A DNA stretch of 62,042 bases, the filler included, from Hausera hauseri (taxonomy: Eukaryota), in NCBI GenBank assembly GCA_046269625.1. It is 12 parts of 12 records of this genome, joined end to end, with 100 filler letters (N's around TTAATTAATTAA, not from the genome) between each part and the next. Parts side by side here need not be neighbours in the genome. Positions count along the whole stretch, not along the records: positions 51,294 to 57,000 come from JBJURY010202304.1; positions 57,101 to 62,042 come from JBJURY010384813.1; 10 more parts are not named here. The stretch is one strand, 5' to 3'. Positions 51,294 to 62,042 of this stretch are shown one piece after another. How positions within the stretch are numbered: the stretch's first letter is position 1; every line of letters starts with the position of its first letter. The notes beneath the pieces were generated by a model. That model saw only the letters and a program-made list of their open reading frames with translations. It was not told the DNA's origin and did not search any database. The position numbers and the translations under genes are program-made.

Positions 51294-53752
51294 AAAACAT
51301 CCAGTTTCCACGTACGACCACCGAAATGCGTAGCCTCCTTAACACACTCTACTTTGTGCATAAATATGTACCATATTGCTCGGAATTGACAGAACCATTC
51401 GCACACCTAAGCGGCGGCTAAAAACATCAGCCAATCCAGTGGACACCTAAATTGGTTGACAAATTCGACAAGCTACGCGAAGGCATCAAAACCGTAGATA
51501 TTCTAGCCTTTCCTTAGCCTGATGCAAAACTCATCCTTACTACAGACGCGTCAACTACGGCAGTAGGCGCTGTACTCCACCAGATCTACAAGGGAGAAAA
51601 CCAACCACTAGAATTTTTCTCGCGCAAGCTGACAGCACCTGAAACCAGATATTCCACGTTTGAACGAGAACTATTGGCAATCGTTCTCGCTTTAAAGCAT
51701 TTCTCACATTTAGTTGTCCCTCGTCATTTCACTCTACAAACTGATCACAAGCCCTTACTTAACATCATGTCCATGAAACACACTTCCACACGCTAAGAAC
51801 GACAAATATCATACTTGTCATTTAACTTCAATATTAAACATATTAACGGAGTTAACAATTTAGTTGCTGATTTTTTATCGAGGTCGGTTAATTCGATTAA
51901 TTTTTTTCAGATCTTTAAGCAAGACCAACTTCAACAGAACCAGCCACCTCAAGACATGCTTAAGTCTTTTAAGTCTTGCACAATCGTTGACGGCGTGGCA
52001 TTGGACACCTCCAAACTAGGCAATTCCGTAATAAGTCTGGTACCTTCATTTCAAAGGCAAGCATTTCACCACGTGCATTCGCTACACCATCCTGGTGCTA
52101 AAGCCACTTTTTGTCTCCTCTATCGACAATAGTATGGTTGTCAATGCGTTCTGATGTGCATGCATGGGTTAAAGTGTGTGGCATGACAAAAATACAAAAC
52201 AGCTAAGCATTTAAAGCCACCATTATTCCACCTTCCCTGCACATCGCGTTTCGAGTCCGTGCATATCGACATCGTTGGCCATCTTCTCCCAGACAACGGT
52301 CATCAATTCATCCTCACAATGATGGACCGTTCCTTGTGATGGCCAGAAGCCATCCCTCTGCGGAACACAAACACCGACACCATAGCTGACGTTTTCATTC
52401 GCACATGGATTAGCAGGTTTGGATCACCTCGTTTCATTATCACGGACCAGGGTCCACAGTTTGAATCCAACCTGTTCAAATCCTTTGTTAACCGATTGGG
52501 GATCCACCATATACATACTACGCCTTATCACCCCCAATCGAATGGCCTTCTAGAACGTTTTCACCGAACATTAAAAACGTCACTAAGAATTCTAGCCGAG
52601 TCCAACAGTAGTTGGACGAATCTTCTTCCGTTCATTCTGCTCGGCAGGCGGAACACTCCGTTCACTTCTACAGGATGCTCACCTACTGAAGCATTATTCG
52701 GAGCTCCTGTACTATCATTATTCGAATTAACCGCCCTAGACAACACTCCCGCAGATGAGACGATACGGGCGGCGCAAAATCACTTCATCAAGGTCAGTAA
52801 AGATTCGTTCTGCAGGATACTGCACAAAGACAAAACATACTTACCTGAAGATTTGTACACGGCTAAATTCGTATGGCTGAAGAATCAAGCTCCTTGCGGT
52901 TTCCAGCCGCGGTACCTGGGGCCCTACAAACTGTTACAGCTGCATTCACATAACGCCATCATCTCCAAAGACGGCAAAGACTTCGCAATACACATCACAA
53001 CTTAAAGCCCGCTTTTTTTGTCGATGACACCTTACCAACCGTTACGTCAACCCATTTCCTTACTCCTCCACTCCCTGCTATCTCTGCATCTATTGCTTTA
53101 TCATTTCCACCTTCCTCTTTCGCGCCTAGTCTTGCTCCATCATTCAATACACCTACTTTTATTACTACCAGTCTTCCTATCTCTATCACTCTCTCTGTTT
53201 CATCTTCCTCTTCCACCCTTTCACTCAACACAATTCCAATCTCTACTCCAACCTTTTCTTCTCTTCCCTTACTCACCACTACACCTTTCATCACTCCTTC
53301 GTATTCTAACACTCTTTTCAACGCCTTTAACCATCCGTCTTCAACAATCCCTCTTCCTTCTTCGTCTTCTTTTTCTCTTTATTCTGACTCATCTTCGTAC
53401 GACATAACACCTACACCAAAATCTAAAAATTTTTTCCTCAACCTCAATCTATGCAAACAGACACATTGCATAAACACACAAGACGCAGAGTCACATTCAG
53501 CCAATATAGTAGAGAAAAATCAGTCGAAGGTATTCAACGTCTTATTCACACTGAGCTCAGCTAACACAAACACTTTTCGTTTTGCGGTTTTTCTCTCTAT
53601 CTTTTATTCTTTATAGCTTCAACTTTGCCACGGGGGGGTGATGTAATGCCCGCGTCGATCGTCGCCATCCGGCCAATTCGGTTAGGGACGGTCGGGCTTT
53701 CCGCTGCCGACGTGTGGGGCACATAGGCAGGCCCCGATTTTCTGCCTCGAAA
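51294..53752 (+). mobile_element. Decayed CsRn1-like Gypsy 3' half, copy G: RNaseH-IN-Ser/Thr/Pro tail-PPT-3' LTR start
   Basis: TTDAS, HIDIVG, YHPQSNGLLERFHR, GPYKL; G-run PPT at 53632-53638; LTR starts TGTAAT at 53642; LTR right end not determined. Confidence 0.9.
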
Positions 53753-54797
53753 ACGGCACAACACGATCGCACCAAGTTTCTTTTACGTCAAAGTTTTTAC
53801 GAACCTGAAGAACGTATGCTTCGTGGGTTCCAAATTCAAAATTGTGAAAAGTATCTATAGTCGGTGATATTTTTGGCCCGGCTCCAAGCAATAATCTCCA
53901 GTTCATTGACACTTATCAAGGACTTCTAATGTCACATGGTGCCGCTGAAAACGTGTTTTTCGAGTTTGGTTACAACTTAGAATTACTACAGTATTTGCGA
54001 TTGTTTCAAACCACCGATAATACTGTTACGACCCATATCATTTCATACGTCAATATGACTCTTTAAGATTGTCTTAGTTATTTTAATCCGGTATCGGGCG
54101 GATTTGCTAATTTTATAGAATCAAAATATCCTCCAAATGTTCTCTCTACGGCCTTTACACTTTTCAGTCTGGCCGATAATTATCCGTCAAATTGGGATAG
54201 GTACATTTATTTTCCCAAAAATACAATACAATATGCCGTAAATTATCTGGCTTAGAATCAAATTCAAAACGGATATTTCCGAGGAAGCTTCGACTGAGAC
54301 GATATTGTAAATCCGATGTTTTGCCAACAAATATAACGGATACCCACCAAAGCCTAACCATCAGACAATTATTATTTATAATTATTTGATTTGGAATATA
54401 TGGCCTTTGTTTAAATATGGCAAAAGTTATTTACATTTTGTAAAATTTTTTGAAATAAATCGAATTTTAGCCGACATTTATTTGGTTTCTATTGTATTTC
54501 AAATACATTTGCTCGTGTAAGGATTTTCTTCGTATTTTCTTCGTAATTTGTTGGAACTTCTATTAATAATTATTGGAATCTTATCGCTTTAATATCTGAC
54601 ATTTATTTCTTCTATATTGTATATAATAAACACAGCCGTAACCAAGGGTACCCATGTTCCAAACGTGTTGACCAAATTTGAAATTTCAAGTCAGTCGGAC
54701 TTAAGGAACATGAAATATTAAAATATCGATTGAAATAAATGTTAAAAATGCATAACGAGTGCGAGATTATGAATGAAATAATGTATGAGGTACTAGG

Positions 54798-54863
54798 TCA
54801 TGGTGTGGTCTTTCATGATGTGGTCTTCCACGGTGTGGTCTTTCATGGTGTGGTCTTCCGTGG
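54798..54863. repeat. 15-bp tandem repeat, about 4 copies
   Basis: Unit CATGGTGTGGTCTTT/C with single-base variants. Confidence 0.85.
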
Positions 54864-55959
54864 TTTTTTACCGATCTTCACTTTCCGCCTACTTCTCATC
54901 CTTACAGGTCTATTGTCTGCCTGACTTGAGGACATGCATCCATCATGCTTCAGTGGAACACAATCAGTTGATAGGCTATTTTACCAGGTTTCACAAGCTG
55001 CATATGCTACATCTGGCTTGAAACCCGAAATTCCTCACACCTCGACGGGCACCACGCCATGCATTGAGCTCAATGGTACCATTTATACTGTTGGCCAGAC
55101 AATATATATTGGTAACCCTTTGCTCGCACTCATGAGCTGTTCACCGGTCACACCCCGACGGGCACTTGACCACATCACACCACAAACAATGCTTAATGGT
55201 GCCATTTATACTGTTGACCAGACAGTGTATACCGGTAGCTCTACGCCAATACGAATATAATTAATTCTTCTTACATATAAGCTGTTTGTGTACATTATTT
55301 GCCGTCAATAATAAGTAGTAATAGAAATAATACTAGTCCATCTCGCTTTAAACCATAATATAAGATTAAGGCTGCTATATAGTTTGTTACAACTAAAATT
55401 TCGTTGATTATTTTTAAGTGGAAAAAATGAAAAATAATTTTGAACCTATGTATCTTAATGGTTATAATCAAATTTTGCTAAAGATGCTGTTTAGGTTCAA
55501 TTCCCATATAGTCATATTTTTTCTTTGAGTGATAACCAAATAAAACCATATATATTCTGAATCCTCTCGACGAGATAAACATAATGAGCACAATATTTTC
55601 GTGATATCTCTCAAGGGGCAGTAATAGTAATGGTTCAAAGGTCACAGTTTCACATATTTGTACAACAATATCTCTGCAAAGATACCATAAAGAGTTATGT
55701 ATATTCTGAAACCTTATTAAACAATCTATAAGACCAAACATGTTTTAACATAATGTATCTAGTTGTGCAAAGTGTGCAAGGTTTTGAAGGTGCACAACTT
55801 TGCACAATCTCCAGTTCCTTATTTCTCACCGGATTTTAATGTTCTACAGCTCGTTTGAAAGCTCATAAAAATTCCTATCTCGAGAAATATACAAAATATT
55901 TCTGTAAAAAATGATAAGAATAAAAAAAGGTGGAAACATTTAAATTACTTAGGTAATAT

Positions 55960-56125
55960 TGCAAAATATTTGCCAGGAACGAGACTTGATATTAAGTTGG
56001 ATGAAAATGACAAACCAAAATTTGGTGAAGAATTAATAAATGAAATAGATAATACATGTTTAAAATATGATATTTCATACAGAGGTGATGACATAAGAGA
56101 TAGACATGTTGCAGATGTTGTGGTG
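55960..56125 (+). pseudogene. Polinton/parvovirus-type phospholipase A2-like domain fragment
   Basis: PGTRLDIKLD..KPKFGEELINEIDNTCLKYDISY..DIRDRHVAD follows GPGT.L..RL...P.N..D..C..HDI.Y....RH.AD; catalytic His replaced by Tyr. Confidence 0.7.
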
Positions 56126-56854
56126 CCGTGGTTGCGGGCGCCGCCACCACTGACGACAAGCGTTTGGCGACTGAGTGCATTTTGGACAGATGCTCCACTC
56201 GTTTTGGTTTTAGCCCAACGACTCTCGTCCGGACGGCAGCCGTCCTAGAATTGAACCGAAGTTAGACTTTACAAATTTAACCGCTATATTTTCTAATTGT
56301 GCCTAAATGACTTTGTTTCGCAATTTCGCACTTAACAAAAGAATAAAAACATATTTTTCGTAATTTCAGGCTCATTGTGTACATAGTGGACGAGTGCAGA
56401 GGTGCGTTGTACAGCCGATTTACCCGACCTATGTTTTGTTTAAAAAAAGAATCTATATGATAAATAGCAATAAATATTTTGTTTTAATTCACAAAAAACT
56501 TTACATTCAGTTTTCTTAAATTTTATAATTTCTTGACGAGCTTATTGAGTGGTCATTTTTCAATAACCAGTGGTAATGGTGCAGAAATGTAATATTTTGA
56601 ACGTCCCTGTACAGAACTTAAACATTATATACAGAGTATTTCCTTTTGAAATACTCAGTGCAAATAATGCCATTCATATATTACAAAAAAGACACCATGT
56701 CAAGATTTCAAGTCAGCATTGAATGATGTCAAATTAACGAAATGGAAATTAATGAAGTTAGAGAAAATAAAAACCTTTTCAAAATATTAAATCTTCACAA
56801 TATTTTTTCTGTAGAAACACATTTAGATCTCTTTTTAAAATGTAATGTAATGCT

Positions 56855-57000
56855 TTTAGCTCACATTCTTCTATTTTAGCTTTTGGCTAGCTTTTTGCTA
56901 TTTTAAGCTTCAAAATTTTGCTACTTCTAGCTTTTAGTTAGCCTTCTTTAATTACGGTTAGCCCTCTGCTACTTTTAGCTTTTAGCTAGCCTTCTTTAAT
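56855..57000. repeat. TAGCTTT-type low-complexity repeat
   Basis: Repeated TAGC/TAGCTT units up to the contig end. Confidence 0.6.
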
Positions 57001-57654
57001 NNNNNNNNNNNNNNNNNNNNNNNNNNNNNNNNNNNNNNNNNNNNTTAATTAATTAANNNNNNNNNNNNNNNNNNNNNNNNNNNNNNNNNNNNNNNNNNNN
57101 AAATGTGAATTTAAAGTGCAATGAAGCGGAAATCGATAAATCTAGTAGCAGGACTGGATAGGAAAGTATATGTGTAGAATAGGAATATGAAGTTAGATGA
57201 TCGAAAAGTATATTCAAACTCGAAGAAATATCGAATCGAACTCGAATATTCGATGAAGCGTGCAATATTCGAAGAATGTGATGGCACAAATCGATTCGGC
57301 ATATATGAGAACCAAAAATGACGCGCACGATATTGTAAATCATGTGACGTATTAAAACAAAACTAAGAAATAGCATAAGTACGTGACAAGTTCATGCATT
57401 AAAACAAATATACATTATATATTGGCTATACAATATTCATTGCCGAATTTACCATACAAATAAAATTATTTCATTACATGTGTTTTACTACATCAAAATT
57501 ATTTTTCATACATGTGTTTTACTGCATCAATTATCAGAATTAGACAGTTCGTGCTGACATAGCTATGTTTTTCATTATTTCCAAATTCAGTTCCGGAATC
57601 ACTTCCGAGAATGGTAAGTCTTCTTATTTGTTGTCATCAAATAATTTGTTTTAG

Positions 57655-60600
57655 ATGTGCAAATTGTATCAAAAATGTCTGGCTCCAATATATGAACCAG
57701 AAACCTGCCATAGTACCATGATCAAATACTATGCCCACATGTTCAATAGGATTCAATACTATATATGCCCTACATGTGAGGTAGTGTGCAAGACAGGGTA
57801 TGAGGAATTCTATGACGTACATAAACAACATTTGATATCCATCGTCAAATCGAAAAAAGAAATTTTCTATACCAATATTTTAACAATGTCTAACATGCTA
57901 AAAAAAACAAAAGGTGCAGTACATATATGTATTGCACATGTACAAAACATAACCCAGAGAATTGCCACAATACCATGAGGATCTATTATGGCCACAAATT
58001 CAATCGAATCCTTTATTATATTTGTCCGGATGTGAGATTGTATGTGATGGGGAATACATGCAGTTCTATGAAGACCATAAGGATCATCTGACGGACTTTG
58101 CATCAAAGTCTAAGAAGATCATATTTAATGAGCATAGGCCAGTTGTCCAGTCTGCAGTGCAGTCCGCAGTGCAGCCCACAGTGCAGTCCGCAAGAGTAAA
58201 ACGCCCATTAGCTCTATCAGATTCCTCAGGCTCAACAGATATAGTGGGTCAACCACCAAAAAGCCAAAGACAGCGGCCAGTTGATCTCGCTGCATTAAAT
58301 AATAAAGTCCGCAAATATATGATTGATGCAGCTGGACAAAGAACCATCAAGGAGTTCCTGAAATATGCAAAGAAAGAAACAGAAGGGATCCTCCAGGACA
58401 ATATGACTAAGCTCAAGGCCCTTAAGGTTAATATGAAAGTTGAGACCACGTACGTCAATGTAGAAGCTGAGAAATGAATTAAGGCCTTCAAGACCAAAAA
58501 TATGCCCATATTGGAAAACACAAATATAACTGATTGGTTGCATGAAGAGCATACGAAGCTCATCCGTGAAGCCGATGAGAGCCAGGATAAGAAGAGTGGA
58601 TGGGCTCGAGAAACCATCAAGAGACTGCTTATATATGTACACAAATATTCCCCCATGCGAGGCAGTTCATATATACAGCTTCCCGACTGGATCGCTAATA
58701 AGAAAGTATGTGTCAGTGTTCAAAACAATGACAACATGTGCTTCATGTATGCCATTCTATCAAAACTCGTAACGGATCAAAGGCATGCAGCAGATTGGAT
58801 TTGGCTATATAAGGATGTGCAGCACAACTACGACTTTCAGTGTATCACATTTCCTCCATCCATAGATGAAATCAAGAAGTTCAGCCGCATCAACAACATA
58901 TCCATCAATATCTTTGTATTGGATAAGGAAAACAAATTCTACCCCTTGCAAATATGTGATGCTGAATTGGAAGATCATAGGAATCTGCTCCTACTAGACG
59001 ATGGAGAAAAGAAACATTATATTTGGATCAAGAACTTTGAGCGCCTAGTCAGATCCCAAATTACGAAACACAACAAGAATCGAAATATGCAAACGGTGCT
59101 TTTCCAATTTCATTGGTTATGCAGCAGTGGACAAGCTTACAGAGCACAAGATGCACTTCAACAACAATTACTGTGTAAGGTCAGAATTTCCCAATGAAGA
59201 CTATTGAATTCAAGGAGTTCGATAAGAAGATCAAGATCCCAACAGTTATCTATTTCGACTTTGAAGCTATTCTCCAGCCAATTCACAGCTGTACTCCCCG
59301 TCCTCAACATAGCAGCACAACGGCATACCAATATCATAAACTCTCATCATATTGTATATATTTCAAAGGACTGGACAGTGAACCATTTCTATTCAGGGTC
59401 CAGGTGCAGCAACACATTTCATGAAACGACTTGAAGATATGGCTCAAAAGCTTGAATGCATGCTTCAGCAGCATAAGGATACTATGGAATGTCGTGGAAA
59501 CAAGCAGAAGAATGGCGCAAGGCAACAGCATGTTACTTGTGCGACAAGTCCTTCACGAAGGAGAATCATAAAGTCAAGGATCATTGCCATTTTACAGGTG
59601 CCTACCGAGAGGCTGCATGCAATAACTGCAATCTTCGCTGCAAAATATGTACATATTTGCCTGTAGTATTCCATAATCTAAGTGGCTATGATTCCCATTT
59701 CATAGTCCTAGAATTAGGCAACATTGATGGTAATATAGATGTGATACCCAACAGTGAGAAAAAATACATCACTTTCACCAAGCATGTGGGAAAAATCCGA
59801 CTTCGACCCATAGACAGCTTTCGTTTCATGTCGTCTTTACTGGACAGTTTAGTGAAAAACCTCCATGCAGAAAACCTCCAAGGAGACGAAGCGATTCTTC
59901 CCCACTGCATTTGACCTCGTCAAGAAGAAAGGCGTGTTTCGCTATGACTATATAACTTCATGGGAAACACTGGATGAGACCTCATTGCCGGACAAGAGGG
60001 ACTTTTACAATACCTTCATTGATTTCGATATCAGTGATGCTGACTAACAGCATGCCCAGAACGTCTGGCAGGCATTCCAATTCCAGACAATAGGGGAATA
60101 GAACGACATATACCTCAAGGCGGACGTGCTGCTTCTGACAGATGTCTTTGAGAGCTTCAGGGATGTTACAATGAAGAGCCATGCGTTGGAATCGGCTCAT
60201 TTTTTACGGCTCCAGGGATGAGTTGGGCAGCAATGCTGAGGTATACTGGTATTAGGTTGCAGATCATTAAGGATTATGATATGATCCTTATGATCGAGAG
60301 ACATTAGAGGCCCAGTATGATCCATCCAAGGAATCCTCATATATATACCTGGATGCCAACAACTTGTGTGGATGGACAATAAGCGCCCCATTGCTATATG
60401 ATAACTTGAAATAGGTCGAGAATCCTGAAAACATCCCTATATTGGAACTGGATCCCACTGTAAATACGGGATACATACTGGAGGTGGATATGGAATATCC
60501 GGCATCCATCCTCCCTGAGAGCAGGCCTCCGCCCCATGGAAAGCAGAGAAAACTGCTGTCATCTGGGTAATATGGAGGTATGTAGTCCACTACATCAATC

Positions 60601-61506
60601 TCCAGAAGGCAGTTAGACATGGGCTTCGTATTACTAAAATCCATAAAGCCCTACAGTTCAGCCAATCCATGTGGCTGCAGTCATACATAGATCTCAATAC
60701 CAAGCTGCGGACTAATGCCAAGAACGACTTTGAGAAGGACTAGTTTAAGCTTTACAACAACTCGGTCTTTGGCAAGACCATGGAAAATATCCTCAACAGG
60801 ATCAACATTGAATTTGTCTCTGAGTGAAAGCGGGCAAAGAAGCTCATTGCCAAGTCTAACTTCCACAACAGCACCATATATGCTGAAAACTTGGTAGGCA
60901 TCCATATGCTGGAAACAGCATTGGTATTCAACAAGCCCATATATGTGGGTATGGCAATCCTCGACCTGTCAAAGACCCTGATGTATCATTTCCACCACGA
61001 CATCATAGTCCCCAAGTTCAAGTCCATGCAGCTGATGTATATGGATACTGATAGTTTAATCTATCAGATCCATACAGAGGACATTTATGAGCACTTTACC
61101 CAATTGGCTCAATACATGGATACCTCGGACTATCCGAAGGATCGTCCAAACTATTCAATTGCTAACAAGAAAGTCCTAGGGAAATTCAAAGACGAGGTGA
61201 ATGGAGCAATCATCTCGAGATTTGTAGCTTTCAGATATAAACTGTATGCTCTAGACGTATGTGGTCAGATCAAACAGACAGCCAAGGGCGTTCAAAGGGC
61301 TACATTGACCAAGATCAGTTTTCAGGACTATGTGAAAATTCTGCAGGAGCAGACTCATATCATATAAGAGATGCGAAGGACCAGTCTAGGATCATAACAT
61401 ACAAACAGTAACTTTGTATAAGAAAAGCCTAGATTGGATGGATGACAAGAGGCAAATTTTGAGCGATGGAATCCACACACTACCTCATGGACATGTGATA
61501 CTGTAA
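57655..61506 (+). mobile_element. Polinton/Maverick-like protein-primed PolB pseudogene, copy B
   Basis: YFDFEA and VVFHNLSGYD exonuclease motifs, embedded endonuclease-VII-like CYLC..DHCHFTG.YREAACNNCN, YLDANNL, KLYNNSVFGK, YMDTDS, DDKR..TLPHGH; stops, frameshifts and small deletions. Confidence 0.92.
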
Positions 61507-61726
61507 ATATGTACATATTGTTATTTTTTCATTCTGTTATTGTAATAAATCCTGTATAGAAATATCATGTTGTCTTATTGATCAAGTAATGTGGGATATA
61601 GGACAAGGCCAAGTAAAACTGAGTAACTACTATATAGGATAAGACCAAGTAAAACTTAAATAAATAAAATCAATAAACTTGAATAATCAATACATTGCGA
61701 CATTTACTTACTTGCATTATTTCAAA

Positions 61727-61873
61727 ATGTTGAAAACTTGTCCGATTTGTTGGGAGCAGATGTCGAGTAAAACAATAAGATTGGCGACATGCGATACACA
61801 TACTTTCTGCATAGGCTGTCTGCAGAAATGACTAAACAATAAAATGTTTTGTCCGATATGCAGAAAAAAGTGA
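61727..61873 (+). pseudogene. Small C3HC4 RING-finger ORF downstream of PolB (not in the supplied ORF track)
   Basis: MLKTCPICWEQMSSKTIRLATCDTHTFCIGCLQK*LNNKMFCPICRKK; the TGA falls at the conserved RING Trp. Confidence 0.85.
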
Positions 61874-62042
61874 GTATGTGGTAGTCCAGGATGCTGAAGA
61901 CCAGTGCCTGTATGTAACATGGTAGGGTGCTTGATAAAAACACTACATGAATTTTTACCTGACAGTGACAGTGACAGTGATGATATTATTATTATGTTAT
62001 TGCTGTGTTCAATGTTTTTCAATATACTTAGTCTTATAAAAC

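Noticed and set aside
52995-53407. Leu-rich and Glu/Val-rich ORFs as separate genes
   Set aside because: Alternative frames of the pyrimidine-rich Ser/Thr/Pro tail after integrase.
61829-61831. Stop-codon reassignment (TGA at Trp positions)
   Set aside because: TAA, TAG, TGA and frameshifts all interrupt the decayed genes, while the intact IRF2BP frame has no internal stops; ordinary pseudogene decay explains it.
61717-62022. Minus-strand 101-aa ORF
   Set aside because: Antisense shadow of the plus-strand RING finger.
1-62042. Species assignment
   Set aside because: IRF2BP and short introns indicate a compact, divergent animal genome, but nothing in the window identifies the taxon.

Overview
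AT-rich metazoan (animal) genomic DNA. The window is 12 short contigs (about 4-7 kb each) joined by identical 100-nt artificial spacers (44 N + TTAATTAATTAA + 44 N), so adjacency across spacers is unproven. Content is mostly decayed mobile DNA: six pieces of a CsRn1-like Ty3/Gypsy family, a second Gypsy with a long accessory region after integrase, one Bel/Pao element, two mariners and several Polinton/Maverick-like pieces (two protein-primed PolB copies, an A32-like ATPase, a PLA2-like domain, a RING finger). These are mixed with truncated or stop-containing host-gene fragments (prominin-, Top2-, ARMC7-, PI4KA-, ABCA- and PDE-like). One ordinary gene-dense contig holds a divergent DEAH helicase and an intact IRF2BP gene. 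Main observation: all four Gypsy copies that retain a gag start, and independently the unrelated Bel/Pao element, encode a roughly 75-aa ubiquitin-like domain ending in a ubiquitin-type C-terminus (PRIRGG, LCIRGG, PKLHGG, decayed PRVRSD; Bel: STIYVILRLKDG) directly upstream of Gag in the Gag frame. This suggests a [leader]-UBL-GG|Gag polyprotein that host deubiquitinase-type proteases could cleave. A second notable feature is a roughly 1,080-codon extension after a Gypsy integrase with membrane segments and a REX4/ISG20-like exonuclease fold. All family assignments come from motif recognition by eye; no searches were run.
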